From: an uncultured bacterium
GTDB lineage: Bacteria; Verrucomicrobiota; Kiritimatiellia; PWTM01
DNA length: 64,000 bases
Direction: 5' to 3'
Assembly (NCBI GenBank): GCA_937139365.1
Contig: CAKZPT010000091.1
Location: forward strand, 1,974-65,973
A model generated the notes under the pieces. The model ran no database searches. It had not been told where the DNA came from and was given only the letters and a program-made list of their open reading frames with translations. The position numbers were made by a program, and so were the translations under genes. Positions 19,254 to 29,421 of this stretch are shown here, piece after piece. Position 1 is the stretch's first letter. Each line of letters opens with the position of its first letter.

Positions 19254-19649
19254 ATGTCTGTATATTGCCCCGATTGCGGCCACCTGTTGCGAACGGCGCA
19301 CGAGAAAGGGGCCCCCCTTACCTCATGCGTCGAATGCCATCGGCCTCAGTCGACGGCCCGCGAGCGTCAGCGCGCCGGATCTGGCACGGTCGGGCGGTGG
19401 GTGCGGCGCGGCGTCCGGTTGGCGGCAGTCGCAATAGCGGCCGGGTTGTTGCTCCCCGCGATGTTGCGAGTTCCGGCGGTGCGGGTGGCGGCGAGGTGGT
19501 TTGGCGTGCCGGCCCCGCGAATGCCCGCGCGGGCATGGTGGTTGCCGGAGGAGCCCGCGGCGGAGTCGCTGCGCTCGGCGTTGGGGTTGTTGCTGCTGTA
19601 CCTGGGCATTCGGCCGCCCAAGCGGGACCGCCGGCGGGGGCGCCTCTAG
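19254..19649 (+). CDS. Hypothetical small protein with a zinc-ribbon (CPDCG...CVECH) and one hydrophobic segment
   Basis: ORF only. Weak support; it lies convergent to, and overlaps the stop of, the large histidine kinase. Confidence 0.3.
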   Translation: MSVYCPDCGHLLRTAHEKGAPLTSCVECHRPQSTARERQRAGSGTVGRWVRRGVRLAAVAIAAGLLLPAMLRVPAVRVAARWFGVPAPRMPARAWWLPEEPAAESLRSALGLLLLYLGIRPPKRDRRRGRL

Positions 19650-22600
19650 CAGGGGCTTGAGGCGGAAGGTGGCCGGCCGCCCGCGAGCACGGTGCGAAGC
19701 TGCCCCACCAAATCGACCGTCGTGTAGGGCTTTTGAAGAAACGCGGCGAACCCCTTGACCGCCAGCCGTTCCTCCAGCTCGCTGGCGCTGTAGCCGCTGG
19801 CGAGGATCACGCGGGCCTCGGGATGGATCTGCCGGATCCGCCGGAACGTCTCCTCACCGTTCAGCTGCGGCATGGTCAGGTCGAGGATCACACATCGGAT
19901 TCGGTCACGGTTCAGCCGGTACAGCTCCACCGCCTCGATGCCATCAACCGCCGTTAGCACCTCGAATCCGATGCGCTCGAGCATCCGGGCGCACAGCGCA
20001 CGGACGGATTCTTCGTCGTCCACAAGGAGGATCGTTCCCTCGCCGCGCCACTCCTCGGCCGGGCTGGCCAGAGGAGGTCCATCTGGCGTGGGTTCGGTGA
20101 CGGCGGGCAGCAACACCTTGAACAGCGATCCCCGGCCGGGCTCGCTATAGACCTTGACGGCTCCCCGATGGCCGCGGACGATGCCCATCACCGCCGATAG
20201 GCCGAGGCCCCGGCCGGAGAACTTGGTGGTGAAAAACGGCTCGAAGATCCTTGAGAGGGTTTTCGAGTCCATGCCGCAGCCGGTGTCGGCGACCTCGAGG
20301 GTGATGTACAGGCCTTCGGGCAGATCCCTTTCGAAGCCAATGGCGGCCAGATACGCGCGGTCGAACGTTGCCGCGCCGGTCGTGATGGAGATGGTTCCGC
20401 TACGGTCCCCGATGGCCTCCGCCGCGTTGATCACAAGATTCATCACAACTTGCCGTAGCTGAGAGGGGTCGCCACGGATGAACGGAAGCCCGGGCTCGAG
20501 GTGGAGGCTGAGCAGCACCCGCTTCGAGATGGTCGTCTTCAGCAGATGGACCATCTCCTCGATCAAACGGTTCAGGTCGAAGGTTTCGACGACGAACCGG
20601 CCCCGGCCGGCATACGCGAGCATCTGCCGGCACAGCTCGGCGGCGCGCCGGCTGGCGGTTTCGATCTCCATTAGGTGCTGGCGGCCGGAGCTGCCGCTGG
20701 GCAGCTCCTGCATCGCCAGATCGGCGTTGCCCAGGATCGCCATCAGGATGTTGTTGAAGTCGTGCGCGATCCCGCCGGCCAGAACCCCAAGGCTTTCGAG
20801 GCGCTGCACTTCGGTCATTCGCCTCTCGATCCGCTTGTGCTCCTCCTCCGCCTTCCGCACGGCCGTGATGTCGCGGATGAACTCCACGGCGCCGGTCACC
20901 TCACCGGAGACCGGATCGCGCATGGGGTAGGAGAAGATCTCGAGCCACTCCACCTCGCTGCCCGGCGGCGCCGGGATAACTTCATGCTCCGGACGTCCGC
21001 TGGCGAGGCATCGGAGGGTGGGGCAATGGTCGCAAGGCTCCGTACGGCATCGAAAGACCTCGTGGCATCTTCCCCCCTCGACGGGGGATTCCGGCGCGAA
21101 CCAGCGGCGCACCGTGTCGTTGGCGAAGCGGATCGTCAGGTCCTTGTTCAACACGCAGACGCCGTCCTGGATGCTCAGCAGGATGTCGTGCAGCAGCTGG
21201 CGGTTCCGCAGGATCTCCTCGGCCGCGCGTTTGCGGTCCGTGATGTCGTAGAAGAGCGTTGCGAACTGCCCCGGCGCCGTCCGAAAGGCGGTGACGGCGT
21301 AATGACGCCCCGTCGGCGCATGGGACGACTCGAACCGCATGGTTTCGCCCGTCTCCACGACGCGGCCGTAGGCCGCGATCCAGGGCTCCTCCGTACCCGG
21401 CAAGACTTCGCGCAGGGTCCGGCCGATCAGTTCAGCTGCCTTCAGGCCGGTCTGCCGCTCGAAGGCGGGATTGACTTCGAGAAACCGGTAGTCGCAGGGC
21501 CGACCGGCGTCATCGAAGATCATTTCGTGCAACGCAAATCCGTCGTCCATCGTATTGAACAGCCGCCGGTACCGCTCCTGGCTTTCGGCCAGCTCGGAGC
21601 GCATCCGGAGCTCCTCGGTGACGTCGCGAAACACCACCACAACGCCGTCCGCCCGGCCGTCGGCAGTGGGGAGAATGGGCGAGGCGGTGCCGGCGATCCG
21701 CCGCCACGATCCGTCGGCGCGAACCAGCGCCGCCTCCGCGCTCAGCGAGGCCGGTTTGCGGTGGCGGATCGCGAGGGCAGCAATGTCCTCCGCCGGCTGG
21801 CCGGTAAAGGTGAGGACGACGCGGAAGACCTCGCCCAGCGGCCGCCCGAGGGCGGCCGCGACCGGAAGGCCAGTCATAGTTTCCGCAGCGGAGTTCATCA
21901 GCATGATGCGGCCGTCAGCGGCCGCGGCCAGAACGCCCTCGGCCATCGACTCCAGCGTGATGCGGAGGTCCTCCTCGCGCTCGCGAAGGGTGCGGGTTTG
22001 CGCCAACACCTCGCGTTCGAGCCTCTCCTCCCGGCTGCGAAAGAGGCCGACGACGATGCCCAGCAGGGCAACAAGACCGGTTTCCACCACGATGAGTGCC
22101 GTCGCCATGGGGCTGGACATCAACGTAGGGCGGCCGGGAGATGCGAACGACAGCGCGAAGACCTGCCCCCCCCAATACATCGGGATCTCGACGCCATCCG
22201 AACGTCGTTTCCCAGCCGGCAACGCAAGGAGCTGTGCGGTCGGCTCTACGCCGCCAGGAATACGGCTGCCCAGTACGGCCATCATCCTCTCTAGGTTGAC
22301 GACCGCTCCCACCCAGCCGGCGGGCTCCTCGTTCCGGCCCCTGACCGCGGCCACCATCATGCGGAACGGGAGCACGGGATCCGGTGCCGATAGGGCCGAC
22401 GAGCCGGTGGCGTGCGCGGCCTCCAGCGCATTTGAATAGGTGGCGAACGCGAGCAGGTTCGTACCGGTCCATTCGTGTTGCGAATCCCGTGGCACGACGA
22501 AACCAACCGGTGCCGACATTCCGGTGGCCGTGGCCGTTTCGCGGCCCTGTTCGGCGGAGGAGAGCGGTGCCGACCTGTTGGTGACGGACGCGCGAGGGGC

Positions 22601-23566
22601 CCAAAACAGCAGTTCCACCGGAACGTTGCGGACCAGCGGGCCGGCGAACACGTTGAACTCCCCCTCCGTCACCGCCTCGCTTCCCTCGAAAAAGCTGGCA
22701 AGGGACTCGACGTGCGTCTGAATGTCCCGCATGGCCGACCGCAACATCGCCGCGATCTCCGCAGCCCGCCGCTCGAACTGCCTGCGATGTTCATGGCCGG
22801 CGAGAAACAGTGTCAGCTGTGAGGCGCCAAGCCAGAGCACCGCCCCCACTAGGACCGTCAGGACCGTTTCGAGATGCCGCCAGCGCAGCGCGGTTTCATG
22901 GGGCTGCCGGGACCGCCAAAAAAAGACCGCCACCCCCGCGGCCAGCACGAGCACCAGGGCGGCGCCGAACCCATGGGCCCACCTGCTGATGCGACGAATC
23001 TCCTCGCTCCATAGCGACGCGGGAATCGCGTAGGCCACGGCGGCGAGGACTTCGCCGGTCCGCGGATCCCGAACCGGTGCCAGGGCGACGACGGAACGAG
23101 GGGACAAGACGGTCAGGCCGGCTGCGTCGGGGAGCTTGCCGCGCGACGGGACCAGATGAATGTATTCGGCAGGGGGGATGCCGTCGACGGCCGCCGCGGG
23201 ACCTAGCCGAATCTCGCCGTCCCGTTCCACGATCAGCGCGAGCAGGGATGCGCCGAGGTGGTCGGTCCAGCACCGGAGGTAATTCTGCAGCCGGCGGTAG
23301 ACGAGGGAGACCTCGCCCGTGGTGCCGAAGGGGATGTTGCGGATCAGGTCCGGACGGAGTGCCGCAGCGAGCTGCTCGGCTTCGGAGATGAACCGCTGTT
23401 TCGATCGTTCGGCCGCAAAGCGTCGAGCCCAGTACACCCCGCCAACCCACACCGTGATTGCGAGCGCGGCGGACCCCGCGATCCAGACCATGGCTAGGGC
23501 AGAATGACGCCGCCGGGCTCCTGTGGCCCCAGATGCCTCGCCCGGCTGGCCCGGTGTCATGTTCAC
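19646..23566 (-). CDS. Large hybrid sensor histidine kinase. Domains in order: N-terminal TM/periplasmic sensor region, multiple PAS domains, HisKA, HATPase_c, C-terminal REC.
   Basis: H-box LESLGVLAGGIAHDFNNILMAILG. G-box GCGMDSKTLSRIFEPFFTTKFSGRGLGLSAV. Receiver ILLVDDEESVRAL...DLTMPQLNGEE. At least three PAS-like segments. Stop codon TAG. Confidence 0.8.
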   Translation of the reverse strand: MNMTPGQPGEASGATGARRRHSALAMVWIAGSAALAITVWVGGVYWARRFAAERSKQRFISEAEQLAAALRPDLIRNIPFGTTGEVSLVYRRLQNYLRCWTDHLGASLLALIVERDGEIRLGPAAAVDGIPPAEYIHLVPSRGKLPDAAGLTVLSPRSVVALAPVRDPRTGEVLAAVAYAIPASLWSEEIRRISRWAHGFGAALVLVLAAGVAVFFWRSRQPHETALRWRHLETVLTVLVGAVLWLGASQLTLFLAGHEHRRQFERRAAEIAAMLRSAMRDIQTHVESLASFFEGSEAVTEGEFNVFAGPLVRNVPVELLFWAPRASVTNRSAPLSSAEQGRETATATGMSAPVGFVVPRDSQHEWTGTNLLAFATYSNALEAAHATGSSALSAPDPVLPFRMMVAAVRGRNEEPAGWVGAVVNLERMMAVLGSRIPGGVEPTAQLLALPAGKRRSDGVEIPMYWGGQVFALSFASPGRPTLMSSPMATALIVVETGLVALLGIVVGLFRSREERLEREVLAQTRTLREREEDLRITLESMAEGVLAAAADGRIMLMNSAAETMTGLPVAAALGRPLGEVFRVVLTFTGQPAEDIAALAIRHRKPASLSAEAALVRADGSWRRIAGTASPILPTADGRADGVVVVFRDVTEELRMRSELAESQERYRRLFNTMDDGFALHEMIFDDAGRPCDYRFLEVNPAFERQTGLKAAELIGRTLREVLPGTEEPWIAAYGRVVETGETMRFESSHAPTGRHYAVTAFRTAPGQFATLFYDITDRKRAAEEILRNRQLLHDILLSIQDGVCVLNKDLTIRFANDTVRRWFAPESPVEGGRCHEVFRCRTEPCDHCPTLRCLASGRPEHEVIPAPPGSEVEWLEIFSYPMRDPVSGEVTGAVEFIRDITAVRKAEEEHKRIERRMTEVQRLESLGVLAGGIAHDFNNILMAILGNADLAMQELPSGSSGRQHLMEIETASRRAAELCRQMLAYAGRGRFVVETFDLNRLIEEMVHLLKTTISKRVLLSLHLEPGLPFIRGDPSQLRQVVMNLVINAAEAIGDRSGTISITTGAATFDRAYLAAIGFERDLPEGLYITLEVADTGCGMDSKTLSRIFEPFFTTKFSGRGLGLSAVMGIVRGHRGAVKVYSEPGRGSLFKVLLPAVTEPTPDGPPLASPAEEWRGEGTILLVDDEESVRALCARMLERIGFEVLTAVDGIEAVELYRLNRDRIRCVILDLTMPQLNGEETFRRIRQIHPEARVILASGYSASELEERLAVKGFAAFLQKPYTTVDLVGQLRTVLAGGRPPSASSPC

Positions 23567-23673
23567 AACGGCCGCTTGTCCCCTCGCACACCACTCGCGG
23601 CGCGGATATTTTCAATCGGACGGGCGATTGTCAATCCCGCTAACGATCTCGGATCGGTGGCCGCGCGGGTGTA

Positions 23674-24612
23674 TCAGCGGCCGGCGAATTCTCTCCACCG
23701 CTGTTCGATTGCGGCGGCGTCCACGCGGCCGTCCCAGGCGGCCACCCCGTAGCGCAGGCGGATCTCCTCGCCGGGCCGGATGACCCACGGGGTTTCCTGG
23801 GTCGGCACGAAGTTGCAGAACACGGCGCCGTTGTGCTCTCGGTTCCACGTGCGAAGCCGTTGCGGGGCGTCGCGGTTGGAGGGATGGTCGAACAGCGCCA
23901 CCGTGGCATCGCCGCGCTCCGTCGGGCCGAACATTGCGCACCAGCGGGCCCGCGTCTGATGGCTGTCCACGCGGCGCCGGCCCTCGGAGGTCAGGTAATC
24001 ACTGTTGTCGAGTGTCCAGCCCGGAGGACCACGAAACGCGATTCCGCCGCCGTACCTATAGGCGGCCAGTTCCAGCGGCGCGTCGGCGACGTTGGTCTGC
24101 GTCATCGTGTAGGTGATCAGATTGGCGGCGCCGTCGAACCGGACGCCGACGTCTAGGCGTTCGCGCAACACGACGGTTTCCACGTCGCCCGGTCCGAACG
24201 CGACGTGTTCCTGCTCGACCGCAAAGCCGATGCCCGCCGGATCCTGGCACACGCCGAGGGTTCGCCGATAGCGGACCGTGCCTGTGCGCTCCTTCAGGTT
24301 CCAGAAGTCCACCGGCCGGCCACGGAACGTGCATCGAACCCAGGCATGCCACAGTCCCATGTGATGCAGGTGATCGGCCGGTCGAACGCCCGTCAGAATC
24401 CCGCCGGAGGGGGAACAGAGGGGATGGATGAATCCGCTTCGGCGAAACGCGGGATCGGCGCCGGCGGGGGCGGGATGCTCGGCCTTGTGGTAGACGAGCA
24501 CAACAGCCCCATCGCGCGACACCATGATGCTCTCCGGGGTCTCGCGGATCTCAAACCTCGCATTTGCCGCCGCCCATGCGACGGCCATCGCGCAAACGAC
24601 CACCCGTCTCAT
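23674..24612 (-). CDS. PmoA-family (DUF6807-like) secreted protein
   Basis: Signal peptide MRRVVVCAMAVAWAAANA. The profile (HLHHMGLWHAW ... YGGGIAFR) resembles the PmoA-like proteins common in Planctomycetes and Verrucomicrobia. Start at ATG 24610-24612. Confidence 0.55.
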   Translation of the reverse strand: MRRVVVCAMAVAWAAANARFEIRETPESIMVSRDGAVVLVYHKAEHPAPAGADPAFRRSGFIHPLCSPSGGILTGVRPADHLHHMGLWHAWVRCTFRGRPVDFWNLKERTGTVRYRRTLGVCQDPAGIGFAVEQEHVAFGPGDVETVVLRERLDVGVRFDGAANLITYTMTQTNVADAPLELAAYRYGGGIAFRGPPGWTLDNSDYLTSEGRRRVDSHQTRARWCAMFGPTERGDATVALFDHPSNRDAPQRLRTWNREHNGAVFCNFVPTQETPWVIRPGEEIRLRYGVAAWDGRVDAAAIEQRWREFAGR

Positions 24613-25011
24613 ACGATCCCCCTTGAACCGCCCGTACGAGTGGAATGACCCAGCCACACGGGACAGTACAACAATTATCCGTGCGGAGACGGTCCATGTC
24701 AAACGGTCTTTCGAGGAGCCGTTTGCAACGCCGCCGGATAGGCCACGGCGCTGCGCGCCGTGCGCCCTCCGTCACCGCGCTCGCCCAGAATGGGCCAATG
24801 ATAAGTTCATAAATGTACATGCGATGGCCAATCCAGACAAAGATGTAGCACGGTTTGACTGCCAATTTTTTTATAAAGTACCGATGATCCAATGCCTTAT
24901 ATTCTCCTTGCCGTCTCAAACAAGCTTGGCATCCTCGCTGCTTAATGGGGCAGGCCGGCCGGTACCGGGCGCGGCCGGCTCCGCACGATGGCCCGAGAGA
25001 AGGAACGCTCG

Positions 25012-25764
25012 ATGAGAGGAGCAATGGTGTGGGCGGTGTTAGTGGTGGGGGTCCCTGTGGCCCTGGGAGCGGGAGGATCGGTTTCGATGGCCCCGATGTC
25101 AGGGTACATGTGGCGCGGACAGTACTACAGCGATGAGGCGGTGTTGCAACCGAGCATTACGTTGAAGTCCGAGAGCGGCCTCGCGTTCAACACCTGGGGC
25201 AACATGGACCTGACCGACGACAACGCGAACCCAGAGTCGGGCCTGGATCCGACCGGGGAGTTCACGGAACTGGACGTCACACTCTCCTACGATCTTCCGC
25301 TCGACGGTCCGGTGGGCCTCACGCTGGGCTTCATCCAGTATTCGTTCCCCGCGTCCGGAGCGCCGGGCACGCGCGAACTGCTCGCCACCGTCTCGGCAAA
25401 GGCCCCGCTTGCGCCGACGCTGTCCGTCTATGCCGACATCGACGAAGCCGAGGGATGGTATGCGACTTTCGGCCTATCCCATTCCGTCGAGCTGGGCGGA
25501 TCCCTGTCGCTCGGGCTTCTGGCGACGCTTGGCGCGGCGACGGACAAATACAACGCTTTTTACTTCGGCGTGGATCAAACCCGGCTGAACGATCTGAACG
25601 TGGGCGCGTCCCTGACCTGGGATGCCACGGAGAACCTCTCAACAGGCGTGTCCGCGACATACGTTACGTTGCTTGACGGCGACATCCGTGACGGGGCGCA
25701 CACGATTGGCTATGACGGAGCTGACGCCCTGATCTACGGCGTGACGCTCTCTTGGCAGTTTTGA
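25012..25764 (+). CDS. Putative outer-membrane beta-barrel protein
   Basis: Signal peptide. Alternating amphipathic beta-strand pattern. C-terminal aromatic W-Q-F terminus typical of OM barrels. Confidence 0.55.
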   Translation: MRGAMVWAVLVVGVPVALGAGGSVSMAPMSGYMWRGQYYSDEAVLQPSITLKSESGLAFNTWGNMDLTDDNANPESGLDPTGEFTELDVTLSYDLPLDGPVGLTLGFIQYSFPASGAPGTRELLATVSAKAPLAPTLSVYADIDEAEGWYATFGLSHSVELGGSLSLGLLATLGAATDKYNAFYFGVDQTRLNDLNVGASLTWDATENLSTGVSATYVTLLDGDIRDGAHTIGYDGADALIYGVTLSWQF

Positions 25765-25881
25765 ACGCGGTCCGAAAGGCCGTCCCGCCACCAAATAGCA
25801 GGCGGCGGTCTGAGCTCCTCAACGAACCCGCAGTGGCCTTCATCGGCCCTCGGCTTGACAGCCGCCGCCCGCTCCACCTAA

Positions 25882-28431
25882 ATGGTCGACGGAGTCGGGA
25901 GTCGTTTCATGTCCTCCAGTCGCTTTGCGGCAGGAGGCCGGCGATGTGAAGCCGTCGGCGCCGAGAGGTGGCAGCGCCGGGGCGGCGTCGGTCCGATTCC
26001 GGCGGCTGTCTGCGCTGTTGTCAGGGTGGTCGTCGCCGGGCTGGCGACGAGTGCAACCGCGGCGCCAGCAACCGCGTCCCCGCGCGAGCTTCGCGTGGCG
26101 ATCGACGACAACTATCCGCCCTACATCTTCCGTGATTCGTCGGGTGGGCTGACCGGCTATCTCCCGGAGTGGTGGGCGCTGTGGGAGAAGTCGACCGGCG
26201 TTCGCGCCGTTTTGCTGGCGACCAACTGGGCCGAGGCGCAACGGTTGATGGACACCGGCTTGGCCGACGTGATCGACACCCTCTTCGACACGCCCGAACG
26301 CCGGCGGAAGTTCGAGTTTTCTGAGCCCTACGCCGAGATCGAGGTGCCGCTGTTCGTGCACCGCGACGTCGCCGGCATTCACGACGTGACGACGCTGCGT
26401 GGTTTCGTCGTCGGCGCGAAGGCGGGCGATGCCGCCGTGGACTGGTTGCGGCGCAACGGCGTGACGAACGTCGAAAAGCATGCCAGCTATGAGGGCCTGA
26501 TCCGGACGGCGGCCGACGGCGGGGTGCGGGTGTTCACCGTGGACCGCCCGCCGGCGATGTACTATATGGCGAAGCTGGACATCAAGGATCGCTTTCGCGA
26601 GGCGATGATCCTGTACACGGGCCGGTTTCACCGGGCGGTCCGTGCGGGCCGCGCGGATCTGCTGGCGGAGATCGAAGAGGGCTTCCGGCGGATCCCGGTC
26701 TCCGAGGTGCGCCGCCTTGGGAGAAAGTGGTTTGGGCGGCAAATCCTCCCGCCGGTGCTGGTTCGGGGGGTCCGGCTCTGCGTAACCGTGGGCGCGGCGA
26801 TCGGCGCGACGCTGGTGGTCTTCATCCTGGTCCTTCGCCGCCAGGTGCGGCAGAAGACGTCGGAACTGGAGGCGGCCGTCGCCGCGCAGGAGAAAACGGC
26901 GGAGCATTTGCGGGGCATCCTTCGGGCGGCGCCGGCGGGCATCGGTGTGGTCCGGCACCGCGTGTTCCTCGACGTTAACGACCACATGTGCCGGATGACC
27001 GGTTATTCCCGGGAGGAGCTGATCGGCGCCAACGCGCGGATGTTGTATCCCGACGAGGCGGAGTTCGAACGAGTCGGCCGTCTTAAGTACGAGGAAATCC
27101 GGCGTATGGGGGCCGGCGCCATCGAGACGCGGTGGCGGCGACGCGACGGGACGCTTTGCAATGTGCACCTGAGCGCCGTTGCGTTCCGCCCGGCGGATCC
27201 GGACTCCGAGGTGGTCTTCGTCGCGCTCGACATCACGGAGGTGAAACGCACGGCGGCCCGTGCGCTCGAGCTGGAACGCGAATTGCAGCATGCCCAGAAG
27301 CTCGAGAGTCTCGGCCTGATGGCAGGGGGCATTGCGCACGACTTCAACAACCTGCTGACTGCGGTGCTGGGCCACGTGTCGCTCGCGATGGAGGCGCTCC
27401 CGCCCGCATCGCCGATCCGGCCGGATCTAGCGGCGGCGCAGGACGCCGTCCGACGGGCGGCAGACCTCACACGCCAGTTGCTGGTGTACGCGGGACGCGC
27501 CGCCCCCAGCCGGTGTCCGCTGGACCTGACCGAAGTCGTCCGCGCCATGTTTCCGCTCGTGCGCCTCGGCGTGTCGAAAAAAATCGACTTTCGCTTTGAG
27601 TGCCGGGAGGGCCTGCCGAGGGTGGAGGCCGACCGCGCACAGGTGCAGCAGGTCGCCATGAACCTGATGCTCAACGCGGCCGAAGCGATCGGGGAAGGGA
27701 CGGGCACCGTCGTGGTCTCGGTGTATGCATGCCGGCCTGGCCCCGCCAACGGCTACCGCCCGCTGGCTCAGTCCCGCGAGGGCAACCACGTCGCCATCGA
27801 GGTCGCCGACAACGGATGTGGGATCTCCGCGGCAGACATGCCGAGAATCTTCGACCCTTTTTTCTCCAACAAGCAGTTCGGCCGCGGCCTTGGGTTGAGC
27901 GCGGTGCTGGGGGTGTTGCGTGGCCACGACGGGTTCATCGAGGTCCAAAGCGAGCCCGGCCGGGGGACGGTGTTCCGAGCGTTTTTCCCGGCGGCGGAGG
28001 GCGCGGTTCCGGCGGCCGGGACGGCGGCGGAGGAGGAGCCCGCCGTGGAGAAGAAGGGGAGGGGCTCTGGCGTGGTGCTGCTGGTGGACGACGAGGAGAG
28101 GCTGCGGGCCATCGGCGCGGCCATGCTTTGCCGGCTGGGCTTCACGGCCTGCACGGCGGCGGATGGCGACGCGGCGTGCGCCGCCACCCGCGCCACTCCG
28201 CCGGCGTGCGTGCTGATGGACCTGACGATGCCGCTCATGGACGGCGTCGAGGCGTTCCGCAGGCTTCGGGAGATCAACCCCACCGTGCCGGTCGTGTTGT
28301 GCAGCGGATACGATGAGGGCGAAAACGCCCGCCGATTCGGGCACGTCGGATTCGCCGGCTTTCTGCAGAAGCCCTACCACCTCCAACGGCTGGGCGCGGT
28401 GCTCAGGCGGGTTCTGGCGTCGTCCGGCTGA
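25882..28431 (+). CDS. Hybrid sensor histidine kinase with a periplasmic solute-binding (SBP_bac_3-like) sensor domain. Domains in order: SBP, TM, PAS, HisKA, HATPase_c, REC.
   Basis: The N-terminal segment ELRVAIDDNYPPYIFRDSSGGLTGYLPEWW...FDTPERRRKFEFSEPYAEIEVPLFVHRD matches amino-acid-binding periplasmic proteins. H-box LESLGLMAGGIAHDFNNLLTAVLG. C-terminal receiver VLLVDDEERLRAI...DLTMPLMDGVE. Confidence 0.8.
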   Translation: MVDGVGSRFMSSSRFAAGGRRCEAVGAERWQRRGGVGPIPAAVCAVVRVVVAGLATSATAAPATASPRELRVAIDDNYPPYIFRDSSGGLTGYLPEWWALWEKSTGVRAVLLATNWAEAQRLMDTGLADVIDTLFDTPERRRKFEFSEPYAEIEVPLFVHRDVAGIHDVTTLRGFVVGAKAGDAAVDWLRRNGVTNVEKHASYEGLIRTAADGGVRVFTVDRPPAMYYMAKLDIKDRFREAMILYTGRFHRAVRAGRADLLAEIEEGFRRIPVSEVRRLGRKWFGRQILPPVLVRGVRLCVTVGAAIGATLVVFILVLRRQVRQKTSELEAAVAAQEKTAEHLRGILRAAPAGIGVVRHRVFLDVNDHMCRMTGYSREELIGANARMLYPDEAEFERVGRLKYEEIRRMGAGAIETRWRRRDGTLCNVHLSAVAFRPADPDSEVVFVALDITEVKRTAARALELERELQHAQKLESLGLMAGGIAHDFNNLLTAVLGHVSLAMEALPPASPIRPDLAAAQDAVRRAADLTRQLLVYAGRAAPSRCPLDLTEVVRAMFPLVRLGVSKKIDFRFECREGLPRVEADRAQVQQVAMNLMLNAAEAIGEGTGTVVVSVYACRPGPANGYRPLAQSREGNHVAIEVADNGCGISAADMPRIFDPFFSNKQFGRGLGLSAVLGVLRGHDGFIEVQSEPGRGTVFRAFFPAAEGAVPAAGTAAEEEPAVEKKGRGSGVVLLVDDEERLRAIGAAMLCRLGFTACTAADGDAACAATRATPPACVLMDLTMPLMDGVEAFRRLREINPTVPVVLCSGYDEGENARRFGHVGFAGFLQKPYHLQRLGAVLRRVLASSG

Positions 28432-28476
28432 CGCGGCGGTGGCATCCGCCTCCGCCGGTGCCTATCATCCTCGACC

Positions 28477-29304
28477 ATGGCCTACGGACCGTGGGACCCG
28501 CCCCGCATCGGATTGGTGTCGGATATCCATTACTGCGAGGCGCCAGACGCGATCGGTCGCCACTACCGGCTGGCGCCGGCGACGCTGCAGGCGGTCGTCT
28601 GCGCTTGCCGGGAGATTCGCGTCGCGGCCATCGTCGAGCTCGGCGATATGAAGGATCAGGACGATCCGCCCGACCCGGCGCGCACCCGGACCTACGCCCG
28701 CCGGATCGAGGGCCTCCTCCACGAGGCCGGCGTCCCCGTCATCCACGCCCTCGGGAACCACGAGGTGGACTGCTTGGAGAAACCGGAGTTCCTGGAGCTC
28801 ATTCGGGAGCCGGCCGGCGTCCCCGCCGGCGCCGCGCATTTCCGGCTGGACCTGGCGGGGGTGACCTGGCTGGTGCTGGACGCGAATTTCCGGCCGGACG
28901 GCACGGCGCTGACCCGCGGCCACGAGTTCTGGACCGACCCGACCCTGCCGGCCGATCAGATCGAGTGGCTCGAGCGCGAACTGGCCGCCGCGTCCGCGCC
29001 GCCCGTCGTCGTGATCCACCAGCGGCTCGACTTAGATCCCCCCAACGAGTTCGCCGTGCGCAACTCGGCGGCCGTACGGGATGTGCTGGAGCGCTCCGGC
29101 CGCTCGCCGTTGGTGGTCCAGGGCCACACGCACGTTGGCGATGCGCGCGTCCTCGGCGGCGTCGTTTACTACACCGTCGCCGCCCTTGTGGATTCGACGC
29201 CGGACGACCCCTCCTGGGCCCTGTTGGAGACCGGAAGGGGCACGTGGCGCATCCGCGGCTACGGCCGGTCCCCTTCGTTCGAATTTCCCGCCCCGCGCGC
29301 CTGA
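28477..29304 (+). CDS. Calcineurin-like metallophosphoesterase
   Basis: Metal-ligand motifs in order: GLVSDIHY, ELGDMKD, GNHE, VVIHQ, GHTHV. Confidence 0.7.
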   Translation: MAYGPWDPPRIGLVSDIHYCEAPDAIGRHYRLAPATLQAVVCACREIRVAAIVELGDMKDQDDPPDPARTRTYARRIEGLLHEAGVPVIHALGNHEVDCLEKPEFLELIREPAGVPAGAAHFRLDLAGVTWLVLDANFRPDGTALTRGHEFWTDPTLPADQIEWLERELAAASAPPVVVIHQRLDLDPPNEFAVRNSAAVRDVLERSGRSPLVVQGHTHVGDARVLGGVVYYTVAALVDSTPDDPSWALLETGRGTWRIRGYGRSPSFEFPAPRA

Positions 29305-29421
29305 CCGCGGCTTCGCCCCGCACGAACGCTTGACGCTTTCCTCACCGCAACCAAACCGCGCTCGAACGGTACGCGGCGACGTTGATTTCGGGCCGTCATC
29401 CGGTCGTCGGAGGATGCCAAC

